64,000 bases of DNA, from assembly GCA_963422615.1 (NCBI GenBank), contig OY730414.1:1844302-1908301 (forward strand). Direction: 5' to 3'. The stretch is from Longimicrobiales bacterium. GTDB taxonomy: Bacteria > Gemmatimonadota > Gemmatimonadetes > Longimicrobiales > Gaopeijiaceae. The translations under genes were made by a program, and so were the position numbers. A model generated the notes under the pieces. It saw nothing but the letters and a program-made list of their open reading frames with translations, was not told the origin of the DNA and made no database searches. Shown here one piece after another: positions 38,682 through 49,245 of this stretch; positions within the stretch are counted from its first letter, which is position 1; every line of letters begins with the position of its first letter.

Positions 38682-41380
38682 TGCGCCGACGTTCGTTGGG
38701 AGGATTCCGAAATCAGGCGCTTCATGAAATCGGCCCCCGCCCGGATTGCGTCGTTGATCCGCTCCGGCTCGGCAACGCCTGCCTGCGCCATGTGAGGCCT
38801 CCCTCCCCCCCTGCCGCCCACCACCGCCGCGACCTCCTTGATCAAGACGTCCGCCTTCACACCTGCGGCGATCGCCCGATCCGTAGCAAAGACAAGGAGG
38901 GCGTACTTCTCCCCCGGCATTTCCGCCCCCACGACCGCCACCCCGATCTTCGAGGACTCCCGGAAGGCGTCTCCCCACCCCCGAGCATCCCCGGGACTTC
39001 GCACCTTCAGGCGGACCCCTCGGTAGATCGCAGGACGGCCATCCACGGTAAATCCATCTTCCGCCACGACTTCCCCGCCGCTGCCTTGATGCCTCAGCCC
39101 TTCAACCCACTCCTCCAGTTCGGCGTTCTCCGCCATGAGCTGCCTTACCCGCTTCTCAAGGTTGGCCGGCGCAGTCTTCATGAAGGCCGCCAGGGCCTGG
39201 ATACGATCCTTGTATGAATTCAGGTACAGGTAGGCCGCCCGACCCGTCACGGCTTCCAGGCGTCTCACCCCGGCTGCAACGCCGGTCTCCGAAGTCACCT
39301 TGAAGACGCCAACCTCACCCGTATACCGGACGTGGGTCCCCCCGCAGAGCTCCGTGCTGACTCCGGGTATCTCCACGACCCGAACTTCGCTGTCGTACTT
39401 CTCTCCGAAAAGGGCCATTGCCCCCGCCTTCACCGCGACCTCATAAGGCTGGACGCGGATGCGCACGGGATGACAGGCCCGGATCGACTCATTCACGCGG
39501 GCTTCGACCGCTTCGAGCTCCGCATCCGCCAAAGGTGCCGTGTGCGCGAAGTCGAAGCGAAGGCGGTCCGGGGCCACGAGCGACCCCCGCTGCCTGACGT
39601 GGCTACCCAGGACCGACCGCAGGGCCTCGTGGAGCAGATGGGTTGCTGTATGGTTGCGTTCGGTGTCGTGCCGCACGTCAGCCGCCACCCGAGCGGTGAC
39701 TTCCGATCCCTTGACGGAAGCTCCCGGAAAGTCTCCCGTCGGGCGGCCGTGAACCCCCAGCAACTCCCCGGAACGGGTGACCCCTTCCACCTCCATGCTC
39801 CATTCGGGGGTCCAGACGCTCCCCCGATCCGACACCTGGCCTCCCCCCTCCGCGTAGAAGGGATGCGCTTCCAGGATGAGCTTGACCAGACCCCCGCCCA
39901 AGTCGCGAAAGGCGAGCACCCGGGTGGAGGCGGTCAGGGAATCGTACCCGACGAAGGTCTGTCCAGTTTCGAGATCGTCCACGACCGTGAAAGGCAGGGA
40001 ACCGGTATCTGTCAATGTCAACGCGACATCCGGGCCCCCGTCCTTGGATCTTCTGTCGGCGCGGGAACGCTCTCTTTGGACGGCAAGGGCCTTTTCGAAG
40101 CCCTCAATGTCCACGTCGTAACCCCTTTCGTCGGCCATGATCCGGGTAAGGTCGGCGGGAAAGCCGTAGGTATCATAAAGGCGAAAAACCTCGGCACCCG
40201 GGACGACCGGACGGTGCGAACCCTCCGAGCGCAACCGAGGCGCAACCCTGCGCAGCCGTTCCACGCCGCCGTCGATCGTCGCCAGAAAACGCTCCTCCTC
40301 CCGCCGGGTGGCGGCCAGAATCGATTCTCGCTGGACTTCCAGCTCGGGGTAGGCGTCCGCCATCCCGTCAACGACCGATTCGACCACCTGAACGAGCGCG
40401 GGCTCCCTCTGGCCCAAAAGCCACCCGTGGCGAACGCCCCGCCGGAGGATTCTCCGGAGGACGTACCCTCGTCCTTCGTTGGCCGGGAACACGCCGTCGG
40501 CAAGGAGAAAGGCGACCGCCCTCGCATGGTCCGCCAGCACTCGGTAGGAGACCCCTTCCCCCGTATCCGCGCGGTAGGGGCGTCCGGTAATTCCGGCGAC
40601 CCGGGCCAAAAGGGGAAGAAACAGGTCCGTCTCGTAGTTCGTGCTGACACCTTGGAGCACGGTGGCGATGCGCTCCAGCCCGGCACCCGTATCGATACTC
40701 GGAGCCGGAAGGATGTGCAACGCTCCCGACGGGTCCCGGTCGAACTGCATGAAGACCAAATTCCACAGCTCCAGGAACTCACCGGCTTCGCCCCGTTGCT
40801 CAAACTCCCGGGTGCCGGGGGCGATCCCGCGTTCCTTCGCCGGGCGGAGATCGTAGTGGATCTCGGAGCAAGGGCCACACGGACCCGTGTCCGCCATCTG
40901 CCAGAAGTTGTCCTTGTCGCCCAGACAGTGAATTCGTTCAGGAGCGACCCCGGCCACGTCGGTCCAAAGACGAGCCGCTTCGTTGTCGGTGTGGTGGACG
41001 GTAACGAACAGGCGGTCGGGATTGAGGCCGAGGGCCTCGGTGAGAAACTCCCATGCATACGCCACGGCTTCCGGCTTGAAGTAGTCGCCGAAAGAAAAAT
41101 TGCCCAGCATCTCGAAGAAGGTATGATGCCGGGCCGTCCGGCCCACCTCTTCCAGGTCGTTGTGTTTTCCACCCGCCCGTATGCACTTCTGAGCGGTAAC
41201 CGCTCGCTTGAAGAGCAACGCCTCCGAGCCGAGAAAGACTCCCTTGAACTGGACCATTCCGGCATTGGTAAAGAGCAAGGTGGGGTCCCCCGCCGGGACG
41301 AGCGGAGAACTCGGGCAGATCTCGTGGCCCCGGGCCTGGAAGAAGTCGAGAAACTTCTGGCGGATCTCGGCGGAATTCAT
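38678..41380 (-). CDS. alaS: alanine--tRNA ligase
   Basis: FTNAGM, HHTFFEMLGNFSFGDYFK, HTATH, ELCGGTH, GGGR..MAQAG. Confidence 0.98.
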   Translation of the reverse strand: MNSAEIRQKFLDFFQARGHEICPSSPLVPAGDPTLLFTNAGMVQFKGVFLGSEALLFKRAVTAQKCIRAGGKHNDLEEVGRTARHHTFFEMLGNFSFGDYFKPEAVAYAWEFLTEALGLNPDRLFVTVHHTDNEAARLWTDVAGVAPERIHCLGDKDNFWQMADTGPCGPCSEIHYDLRPAKERGIAPGTREFEQRGEAGEFLELWNLVFMQFDRDPSGALHILPAPSIDTGAGLERIATVLQGVSTNYETDLFLPLLARVAGITGRPYRADTGEGVSYRVLADHARAVAFLLADGVFPANEGRGYVLRRILRRGVRHGWLLGQREPALVQVVESVVDGMADAYPELEVQRESILAATRREEERFLATIDGGVERLRRVAPRLRSEGSHRPVVPGAEVFRLYDTYGFPADLTRIMADERGYDVDIEGFEKALAVQRERSRADRRSKDGGPDVALTLTDTGSLPFTVVDDLETGQTFVGYDSLTASTRVLAFRDLGGGLVKLILEAHPFYAEGGGQVSDRGSVWTPEWSMEVEGVTRSGELLGVHGRPTGDFPGASVKGSEVTARVAADVRHDTERNHTATHLLHEALRSVLGSHVRQRGSLVAPDRLRFDFAHTAPLADAELEAVEARVNESIRACHPVRIRVQPYEVAVKAGAMALFGEKYDSEVRVVEIPGVSTELCGGTHVRYTGEVGVFKVTSETGVAAGVRRLEAVTGRAAYLYLNSYKDRIQALAAFMKTAPANLEKRVRQLMAENAELEEWVEGLRHQGSGGEVVAEDGFTVDGRPAIYRGVRLKVRSPGDARGWGDAFRESSKIGVAVVGAEMPGEKYALLVFATDRAIAAGVKADVLIKEVAAVVGGRGGGRPHMAQAGVAEPERINDAIRAGADFMKRLISESSQRTSAQ

Positions 41381-41453
41381 CGGGATCGGAGGGCGAACAA
41401 GGACGGGTTACCGGTGGAACCGTGGAAGGTAGACCAACCTGCCCGGCACCGCT

Positions 41454-42554
41454 TCAGACCACCTTTACCGCCGGAGTCTCTCCTTGTTTCTTCGGGCCTT
41501 TCCTCTTCGGGCCATCGGCCACCGCCTTGGCTTCGCGGATACCCAGGGCGACCAGAAGGCGGGCCTCAATCTTCTCCGCCACATCCGGGTTCTCTTTCAG
41601 GAAGGTCCGCACCTTTTCCTTCCCCTGCCCCAGCCGAAGGTCACCAAGGGAAAACCATGCCCCGGACTTGGCCACAATGCCCTGTTCAACCCCCAGGTCG
41701 ATGAGCAGCCCGATATGGCTGATTCCCTGGGCGTAGAGAATGTCGAATTCGGCTTTTTTGAATGGGGGAGCGCACTTGTTTTTCACGACCTTTACCCGGG
41801 TCCGGTTGCCAATAATGTCTTGGCCATTCTTGAGCGCCCCGATTCTCCGGATGTCCATGCGCAGGGAGGCGTAGAATTTGAGAGCCCGACCGCCGGAGGT
41901 GGTCTCGGGACTTCCGAACATCACGCCAATTTTTTCACGGATCTGGTTGGTAAAGATGACGACCGCGTTGGAACGGTTGACGGCCCCGGTCAACTTTCGT
42001 AGGGCTTGGCTCATGAGGCGGGCTTGGAGCCCCACGTGGGAGTCCCCCATCTCTCCTTCGATTTCCGCCTTGGGGACGAGCGCCGCAACCGAATCAATCA
42101 CGATTACCTCCACTGCGTTGCTGCGAATCAGCACCTCCGCAATCTCCAGGGCCTGTTCACCCGTGTCCGGCTGAGAGACCAGGAGATCGTCCACATCCAC
42201 CCCAAGCTTGCGAGCATACTGGACATCCAGAGCATGCTCGGCGTCAATGAAGGCCGCGATGCCGCCACCCACCTGAGCGTTGGCAATCACGTGAAGACAG
42301 AGGGTGGTCTTGCCAGAGGACTCGGGGCCATAGACTTCGGTGATCCTGCCTCGGGGAACCCCGCCGATCCCGATCGCCGCATCCAGGTTGATCGCCCCGG
42401 TGGAGATGCTTTCGATCTGGAGCGCGGCCCGATCGGCGCCCATGCGCATGATGGCCCCCTTTCCGTGGGACCGCTCAATCTGAGTCAGAGCCGTGGCAAG
42501 CGCTCGACTCTGCAGCTCCTTGCTGTTCTTCCTGGAGATCTGCTTGTTCGTCAT
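41454..42554 (-). CDS. recA: recombinase RecA
   Basis: [31 protein letters not shown]. Confidence 0.99.
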   Translation of the reverse strand: MTNKQISRKNSKELQSRALATALTQIERSHGKGAIMRMGADRAALQIESISTGAINLDAAIGIGGVPRGRITEVYGPESSGKTTLCLHVIANAQVGGGIAAFIDAEHALDVQYARKLGVDVDDLLVSQPDTGEQALEIAEVLIRSNAVEVIVIDSVAALVPKAEIEGEMGDSHVGLQARLMSQALRKLTGAVNRSNAVVIFTNQIREKIGVMFGSPETTSGGRALKFYASLRMDIRRIGALKNGQDIIGNRTRVKVVKNKCAPPFKKAEFDILYAQGISHIGLLIDLGVEQGIVAKSGAWFSLGDLRLGQGKEKVRTFLKENPDVAEKIEARLLVALGIREAKAVADGPKRKGPKKQGETPAVKVV

Positions 42555-42729
42555 GTTGGCCTTATCCTGGCGGGGAGGTCAAATGAGGTAACGGTGCTTG
42601 GGCAAGAAGCTGTCCGACTTGGCCGGGCAAATCCATGCTCAATGGAGCCAACCCCATCAGATCCGGATTCGCCGGATCCGGGAGACGGGTTGAGCTGTCT
42701 GCCAAGCTGTAAAGCTGTACCCGGCGGAA

Positions 42730-44163
42730 CTAGCCTCGAGTCCGCTGCAAGCCGTGTTCGTACCCTTGCCACACACCCGGTCTCACGGGCACATAGATCA
42801 TGTCGAACGGCCGGTCCCGGGAGCGCTCGGCGAAGATCGGCACCTCGCCCTGGATTCCAACTCTCATGATGTCATCGCAATCCAGGCGGAGCGGGTTGCC
42901 CGACTTGCTGTACTCCCGGTTGTCAAAGTCGATCGGCTCGTTGTCGACGAACCAATCTCGGCCCTGCGCGTAGGCGCCCGCGAAGACGATCCCCGGCCTA
43001 AGAACCCGGATCGAAACCCTTGACGGACCCACCAGCGTGTCCTGCTGAGCGGTAACCAGAACTTCGACCTCTCCTCCGGTCGAGAGGCAGAGGGTCGCCG
43101 GCGTACCGGATGGCATCGGCGGTTCGATCAGGCGCTCAACGGCGACGGTATCCACCACCCTGACCGTATCCGGAGGCGGAGGCGGAAGCATGACTGTATC
43201 CAATGCTCGATCCATCAGCTGGCCCTTGCACAGGCCTCGGTCGGCCCCGCAGAAAGCCACCGAAGCCAAGACCCCGTACTTCTGGCTACGGAAGGTGGAA
43301 AACTCGTCGTAGTCCAATCCCAGGGCAAATGCGCCCACTCGGATTCCTCCCAGGTCCAGTTGTACGCCGGCGTTGGCGTCAAAGCCGTTGTATTCTCCCA
43401 TAAAACCCAAGAGTCGTCCGCTGCCCAAATCGAAGTGAACTGCGGTTCCCGCAAAGATTCCTCCGGAAGCAACGACTCCGTAGAACTCCTGATCTTCACC
43501 CTTCGAGAAAAGGCCGCTGCCCCACCCCAGGTTCACCGTGACGTCATACCTCGGAAGAAATCCGAAATCAAGGCCCGGAAGCTGTCCCGTCGCAACCAAA
43601 TACGGGGTCAGGTTCGTGCTGAACTCGTCCGTCGTCCTGGTCGTCTTGGCGATTCGGGAATCGGGGTAGCCCAGGCGGTTGGGTTGGAAGTCGTCCGAGA
43701 AGTTCTGGAAGGTGGGAGATGAGACGTAACGGGCGCCCACCGCCAGGTCGATGCCCCGGACAGAGGAAGGCAACAGGGAGATGCGCCCGAAACCGCCAAT
43801 CAAATTGCCCCCGTCTTCGGGATCGTCGTAGTGCTGAAGCGTGGCCCCCAACTCCAGCCGGTCAAAGAGTCCAATCGTCAAGGATCCGTCGGACAACCAC
43901 CGTTCGTAGGGCTGCCCTCTACCGATCACGACCCCCGACTGGTTGATGATGAGCCGCTGGGCGACAGACACGCCAAACCCGGAGTAGGTACCCGTAATGG
44001 CCATGTGGGGCAGAACGGTGGCCACCGGAACATCCATGAGGCCGGAACCGTATCGGAGCGTGCTGGGCATCTTGGTCGTCTGGGAAAACGCTCCCGGAGC
44101 CAAGCCTGCGAGGCCCAAACTCACAACAACAACAGCGCGGAAATTCGCTAAGCGGAACATCAT
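42730..44163 (-). CDS. hypothetical exported, probably outer-membrane protein
   Basis: Signal-peptide-like N-terminus, amphipathic beta-strand region, PPPPP linker, C-terminal domain. Confidence 0.75.
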   Translation of the reverse strand: MMFRLANFRAVVVVSLGLAGLAPGAFSQTTKMPSTLRYGSGLMDVPVATVLPHMAITGTYSGFGVSVAQRLIINQSGVVIGRGQPYERWLSDGSLTIGLFDRLELGATLQHYDDPEDGGNLIGGFGRISLLPSSVRGIDLAVGARYVSSPTFQNFSDDFQPNRLGYPDSRIAKTTRTTDEFSTNLTPYLVATGQLPGLDFGFLPRYDVTVNLGWGSGLFSKGEDQEFYGVVASGGIFAGTAVHFDLGSGRLLGFMGEYNGFDANAGVQLDLGGIRVGAFALGLDYDEFSTFRSQKYGVLASVAFCGADRGLCKGQLMDRALDTVMLPPPPPDTVRVVDTVAVERLIEPPMPSGTPATLCLSTGGEVEVLVTAQQDTLVGPSRVSIRVLRPGIVFAGAYAQGRDWFVDNEPIDFDNREYSKSGNPLRLDCDDIMRVGIQGEVPIFAERSRDRPFDMIYVPVRPGVWQGYEHGLQRTRG

Positions 44164-44332
44164 CAGTTTCTCTCCTGTTCGGAAAACTAAGAATTCCCTG
44201 CTAACTTACCTAAGCGTCAGGGGGAACGCAGGTCAAGCGCCCTCCGCGCCGGGGCCCCGTAACCCGCCTCCCCGTATGGAACCGGGGGAACCCGTCGGCT
44301 GTGTGCGGTCCGCAAGCCGAAGGCCTTGGGCG

Positions 44333-44551
44333 TCAGTCGGCATCGGAGTGCCGCTCTTCGTGAAATCCCTGAAGCTGCTTCAGGCCCCTGGCAATGCGCC
44401 AGACCCAGAACAGGATCAAGACCCAGAACAGACCGTAGGCCGCAAATACATGCAGATAGGGACGCAAGGCACCCCGACCCACCTCTTGGGCCAGCAACAG
44501 GACCGGGTCGGTCGGCAGGAGGGGGAGGAGCACGCAAAACCGTTGGATCAT
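44333..44551 (-). CDS. CcmD-like heme exporter small subunit
   Basis: YLHVFAAYGLFWVLILFWVWRI single TM plus basic tail; ATGA overlap with ccmC stop. Confidence 0.75.
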   Translation of the reverse strand: MIQRFCVLLPLLPTDPVLLLAQEVGRGALRPYLHVFAAYGLFWVLILFWVWRIARGLKQLQGFHEERHSDAD

Positions 44552-45252
44552 GGCGAGACTCCGGTGCTTTCCCGAAAACGAGCCGCCTGGAGCCGCCTGG
44601 AGGCGTGCTCGACGGAGTAGCGGAGGCTGAAGAGTCCGAGAAACAGCAGGGTAAACCCGCCCAGCGAAGTGAGCAGGGTTGCGAGCATGTCGGGATGGAG
44701 GGTGGGACCCTCCGGTTTGATGACGACAGCCTCCGGATGGAGGGACCTGAACCAGGAAACGCTCACGTGGATCAAAGGAATGTTCAGGGAACCGAAGACG
44801 GCCACCACCGCAGCGAAACGCCGGCCCTTCCTCGGATCCGCCATGGAGCCCCGCACCAGGAAATACCCCAGGTAGGTGAACCACAGCAACAAGGTGAGCG
44901 TAAGACGGGGCTCCCAGGTCCAGTACGTTCCCCACGCGACCCGCGCCCAGAGGGGGCCCGATGTCAGCATGATTGCGCCGAAGACCAGTCCCCCTTCGGC
45001 AGCCGCCACCGCCGCCGCATCCGCCCGGTCGTCCCCCAGCCAGAGGTAGGCCAAGCTCGCAAGAGCCACCAGCCCGAAGGCGAGAAAGGTGGTCCAGGCC
45101 GCGGGCACATGGATGTAGAAGATCCGCTGGACCACGCCCATGGACGCCTCCGTCGGCACCCAGAACACCACCATCCAGTGGGCAACGAGAATCGCGACGA
45201 CACCTACCGAAGCGAGGAGGAGCCCCGCAACCCTGGCCTTCCGCAAATTCAC
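44548..45252 (-). CDS. ccmC: heme exporter CcmC
   Basis: RIFYIHVP, WGTYWTWEPRLT, SV.WFRSLHP. Confidence 0.93.
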   Translation of the reverse strand: MNLRKARVAGLLLASVGVVAILVAHWMVVFWVPTEASMGVVQRIFYIHVPAAWTTFLAFGLVALASLAYLWLGDDRADAAAVAAAEGGLVFGAIMLTSGPLWARVAWGTYWTWEPRLTLTLLLWFTYLGYFLVRGSMADPRKGRRFAAVVAVFGSLNIPLIHVSVSWFRSLHPEAVVIKPEGPTLHPDMLATLLTSLGGFTLLFLGLFSLRYSVEHASRRLQAARFRESTGVSP

Positions 45253-45333
45253 TCCCGGCCCTCCTTCCCGTCCTTGACGCGTCGTTCCGGTCCTGGAACT
45301 TCGCCTCCCGTATCCGGCCTCGCCCCTACTCGT

Positions 45334-46011
45334 CTATTCGTCGGCAACATGGCGGAACAAAACCGTCCCGGCGACGGCGGACCCCACGGCGAAAGCCCAA
45401 AGGAACCGCACCGGACCCGAAATTTCAAGCCAGGGTCGTTCCAGTAGGATCCGGGACGTGGCGGTCGCCCCGAAAAAAACCACCGGAACAAGGAGAGGAA
45501 AGGTGAGGACGGGCAAGAGGGTGTCGCCCAGGGTGCTGTGGTTCGAGACGCGACCGAAGAAGGTGCCCGTTACAGCCAACCCGATGGTGCCGGGCAGGAA
45601 GACCGCTCCGTGCCACGCCAGCGGGCCCGGGGAACGGATCTCCATGAACGTGGTCAGCGCGAAAAAGGCCAACATCGTCACGAACCAGACAAGAACCCAG
45701 TTGGCCGCCGTCTTCCCGAGGAAGATGGCCCCTCGGGAGACGGGAGTGAGGAGGACATGTCGGAACGCGCCGTCGTTTTCTTCCGTGTCGAAAGCGCGTC
45801 CTGCACCGGCAGTCACCGCGAACAGGGTCGTCAGCCAGACGAGCCCGGCGACAAGACCCCGAACCTCCAAATGGGCCAAGTTCAGGGACACGGAGAACAG
45901 AAGGGCGGAGAGGACGACGAAGGCGATCATCGCCAGGAGCCGACTCCCTGAGCGCAGCTCAAGGCGAAGGTCCTTGAGGGCGATCATGCAGCCCCACCGA
46001 AGCTCCCTCAC
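45334..46011 (-). CDS. ccmB: heme exporter CcmB
   Basis: KDLRLELR, F..E..DG, LLPVL.FPL.VPV; multiple TMs. Confidence 0.9.
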   Translation of the reverse strand: MRELRWGCMIALKDLRLELRSGSRLLAMIAFVVLSALLFSVSLNLAHLEVRGLVAGLVWLTTLFAVTAGAGRAFDTEENDGAFRHVLLTPVSRGAIFLGKTAANWVLVWFVTMLAFFALTTFMEIRSPGPLAWHGAVFLPGTIGLAVTGTFFGRVSNHSTLGDTLLPVLTFPLLVPVVFFGATATSRILLERPWLEISGPVRFLWAFAVGSAVAGTVLFRHVADE

Positions 46012-46718
46012 GAACGGTCCCGGGCGAAACTCGCTCCGAACAACGGGACCACGTCTTCGACCCGCCGATCCGCCGTCGGGCCGTCCAGCACCTTCCGGCC
46101 GTCCCTTAGCACCACCATCCGGTCGGCAAGTTTCAGACCCCGAGGAATGTCGTGGGTCACGAGAACGACGATCTTTCCCTCCAGCCGAATGGCCCGAAGA
46201 ACGGTTTCCAGATCCGCCACACCGCCGGGGTCCAGGCCCGTGAAGGGCTCATCCAGGAAAAGGATTTCCGGATTATGCAGGAGCGACCGGGCCAGCGCCA
46301 CCCGCTGGCGTTGACCCCGAGACAAGATCGCGGTCCGGGTGTCCGCAACCTCCGCCGCGCAGACCTGCTCCAGGACCTCGATGAGTGCCGCCCGACTCCC
46401 GGGCGACCCCTGAAGCGACGCGAAGAAACGGAGATTTTCCGATACGGAAAGGTTCCCGTAGAGGCCGGTCCGGTGAGAGACCAAGCCGATCCGGGCCCGC
46501 CATGCGGGGTCTCCCCCGGATACGACCGCACCGTCAAAGAAAACCCGCCCCCGATCAGGCCTTCGCTCCCCGCTGAGCGTTCTCAGCAACGTGGACTTCC
46601 CCGCCGCGTTGGGCCCGAACACGGCCAGAATTTCGTGCCCCCGGGCGGAGACATCCACACCCCTCAAAGCCCTCGTGGCGCCGTAGTCACACACGAGACC
46701 CCGACCCTCAAGGGTCAA
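46008..46718 (-). CDS. ccmA: heme ABC exporter ATPase CcmA
   Basis: GPNAAGKST, LSRGQ, LDEPFTGLD; position in the ccm operon. Confidence 0.88.
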   Translation of the reverse strand: MTLEGRGLVCDYGATRALRGVDVSARGHEILAVFGPNAAGKSTLLRTLSGERRPDRGRVFFDGAVVSGGDPAWRARIGLVSHRTGLYGNLSVSENLRFFASLQGSPGSRAALIEVLEQVCAAEVADTRTAILSRGQRQRVALARSLLHNPEILFLDEPFTGLDPGGVADLETVLRAIRLEGKIVVLVTHDIPRGLKLADRMVVLRDGRKVLDGPTADRRVEDVVPLFGASFARDRS

Positions 46719-47194
46719 GGGTCGGTTCCATCTGTCGGTATTCCCCCGCCTGCGCTTGCCCGTGCAGCCGGGAGGCCCTGGCCACAATCGCCGCAGAATC
46801 GGGCCCCGGAGCGATTCACGTGACCGCAAACGGTGCATTCGAGGCCCTCCCGGAGGGCTCGACGAATCCGGGCGATTTCCTCTTCCAGCTCCTGGTTCAC
46901 CCTTTCCGCGACCCCGGGGCCATCGTCCGGCTTCGCCGGTCCCAGGTGACGGAGGGCTTCCTGAGAGAGCTCCGCCTTCAGACGTTCGTAATCGTCCCCG
47001 ACCACCTTTTCCGTGGCCCGATCGTATTCCAGGTCGTGGAGCGCGGTGAGGGCGACCCGGCGCCGGTGGACAGCCTCGTCATAGGGGTCGTCGTCCCCCT
47101 TGTACGAGGGCGTGCCCCGACCTGAGAACACGGGCTCCAGAATGTATAGCGCCACACCGGCGGAGAGGAGGATCCAACCGATGAACACCGTCAT
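46715..47194 (-). CDS. membrane-anchored CcmI-like / zinc-ribbon protein
   Basis: N-terminal TM, ALHDLEYD...DYERLKAEL helix, CTVC-x10-CGDC; 4-nt overlaps on both sides. Confidence 0.75.
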   Translation of the reverse strand: MTVFIGWILLSAGVALYILEPVFSGRGTPSYKGDDDPYDEAVHRRRVALTALHDLEYDRATEKVVGDDYERLKAELSQEALRHLGPAKPDDGPGVAERVNQELEEEIARIRRALREGLECTVCGHVNRSGARFCGDCGQGLPAARASAGGGIPTDGTDP

Positions 47195-49245
47195 GCGGCT
47201 TGGCCAGCCGTCCCGGACAAAGGGAGCCCGGAGGCGACCCGGGAAGCAGGGGCTCGGGCTCGGGGCCCGCCGACGGGCCAGAGGCCGATCAGGGTTCCGA
47301 CAGCTACAATCATCCCGCCACACCATATCCAAGGCACGAGGGGAAGGACCTTGAACTCGAAGGTGACCCGCTCCGTACCGCTTTCCAAGTCCACGTCTCG
47401 CGGGATCACGTAGAGGTCTTCCAGCAGCGTGCTCCGGATGCCGACCTCCGTGGACGCTTCATCCATAACCGGATAGAAACGCCGCTCCGGCCTCATGATC
47501 TTGACCCGCTCATCCCCCCGGTACACCGTCAACAGCGCCGTCCAGCGCCAGTCATTTTCCCTGACGGCGTCGTCCGTCCGGGGCCGGGAGTGGGAAAGAC
47601 TCTCATAGACCAGGCGGTACTCGTGGCCGAAGGCGGACCGGATCGTCGCAGACTGTCCCGGAACCAGTTCCCGGACGGCATTCGTGTCGAAGGCCGAACC
47701 GGCAAAACCCGTAAAGATCACGACGACGCCGACGTGAACGATGTAGCCCCCCCAGCGGTGACGGTTCCGTCTTACCAAGCTGCGAAGGGCGCTCAAATTC
47801 CCCTCCCCCGCAATCCGGGCCCTGGTTTTCGTCCCCTTCCAAAACTCCCTGACGACGATGGTCATGACAAAGACGGCGATGGAAAAGGTGGCCAAGACGG
47901 TGGCGTGACGAATCCCCGAAACCGCCAAGGCAACCAGCATGCTCAGGCCAGCCGCAGCGGGAAGGGTGAAGTTCTTCCGCAAGTTCCTCCGGGAAGCGCG
48001 CCGCCACGCAATCACCGGACCAATTCCCATCAGCAGCAACAGGATCAGCCCGACGGGAACGTTCACCCGGTTGTAGAAGGGGGGACCTACGTTGATCTTC
48101 TGTCCGAAGAAGCCTTCGGTGATCAGTGGAAAGAGAGTCCCCCACATCACCGCGAAGGTAATGCCTACAAGCAACAGATTGTTGAACAGAAAGGCCGATT
48201 CGCGAGACAGGAAGGACTGGATGTGGTTCTCGCTCCGCAGGGACGGCAGGCGATGCAGAATGAGAACGGCACACACCGCAATGAGTCCACCCATGAAGCC
48301 CAGGAAGATGTAGGCAATCTTCAGGTTTTCGGCAAAGCTGTGCACCGACTCAATGAGTCCCGACCGGGTCAGGAAGGTGGCAAAGATCGTCAGCAGGAAA
48401 GTGATCACCACCAGGACCATGTTCCAGACCTTCAGCATCCCCCGGTTTTCCTGAATCTGGATGGAGTGGAGGAATGCCGTGGCGGTCAGCCAGGGCAACA
48501 GGGACGCATTTTCAACCGGGTCCCAAAACCAGTATCCGCCCCACCCGAGTTCTTCGTAGGCCCACCGCATGCCGAAAATGATTCCGTTGGTGAGGAAGAA
48601 CCAGCTGAGAAGAATCCAGCGCCGGGTGACCGCAATCCATCGGGAGTCCAGCCGGTTGGTCAGGAGAGCGGCGACGGCAAAGGCGAACGGTACCGCAAAG
48701 GCCGTGAATCCCAGATACAGCGTTGGGGGATGGATGGTCATCCAGTAGTTCTGGAGCTGGGGATTCAGACCTCGGCCGTTGGCGGGCGTAAAGCCGACGA
48801 GCTCAAAGGGGTTGACCCCGGCAAAGAGCAGGACCAGGAGGAGGAAGGAGAGAAGGGCGAGGAGGGTCCCGGTCACGAAGGGCATGAACTCCCGGTTCCG
48901 CCGACGGTTCTGGAACACGGCGATGGAAGTGAAAACCGAGAGCAGGAGCGTCCAGAAAACGAGGGAGCCCCTCTGGCCGGCCCACAGCCCGGCGATCTTG
49001 AAATACGTGCCCAGCTCCCGGTTCGAGTAGTTGGCGACGTACCAGTACTCGTAGCGGTTGCCCAAGAAGGCAGCGATGATCCCAAGGGAGGTGAGGGTGA
49101 GGAGCAGGGTGAGCACGTAGGCCGTGCGCTCTCCGCTGAGAACGAAGTCGCTCCTGCCGGTCCTTCCTCCTGCAAACGAAAGAACGGCTCCCCAAAGCGC
49201 GGCGGGAAGAGCGATCCAAAGGGCGATTTCGCCCAGGATCGTCAC
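47191..49245 (-). CDS. ccmF: cytochrome c heme lyase CcmF
   Basis: GLNPQLQ, IHPP, WGGYWFWDPVENAS, TRSG...SVHSF. Confidence 0.96.
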   Translation of the reverse strand: MTILGEIALWIALPAALWGAVLSFAGGRTGRSDFVLSGERTAYVLTLLLTLTSLGIIAAFLGNRYEYWYVANYSNRELGTYFKIAGLWAGQRGSLVFWTLLLSVFTSIAVFQNRRRNREFMPFVTGTLLALLSFLLLVLLFAGVNPFELVGFTPANGRGLNPQLQNYWMTIHPPTLYLGFTAFAVPFAFAVAALLTNRLDSRWIAVTRRWILLSWFFLTNGIIFGMRWAYEELGWGGYWFWDPVENASLLPWLTATAFLHSIQIQENRGMLKVWNMVLVVITFLLTIFATFLTRSGLIESVHSFAENLKIAYIFLGFMGGLIAVCAVLILHRLPSLRSENHIQSFLSRESAFLFNNLLLVGITFAVMWGTLFPLITEGFFGQKINVGPPFYNRVNVPVGLILLLLMGIGPVIAWRRASRRNLRKNFTLPAAAGLSMLVALAVSGIRHATVLATFSIAVFVMTIVVREFWKGTKTRARIAGEGNLSALRSLVRRNRHRWGGYIVHVGVVVIFTGFAGSAFDTNAVRELVPGQSATIRSAFGHEYRLVYESLSHSRPRTDDAVRENDWRWTALLTVYRGDERVKIMRPERRFYPVMDEASTEVGIRSTLLEDLYVIPRDVDLESGTERVTFEFKVLPLVPWIWCGGMIVAVGTLIGLWPVGGPRARAPASRVASGLPLSGTAGQAA

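Noticed and set aside
39332..41704. 790-aa plus-strand ORF
   Set aside because: Antisense shadow of alaS, expected from GC-rich codon bias; no recognisable motifs
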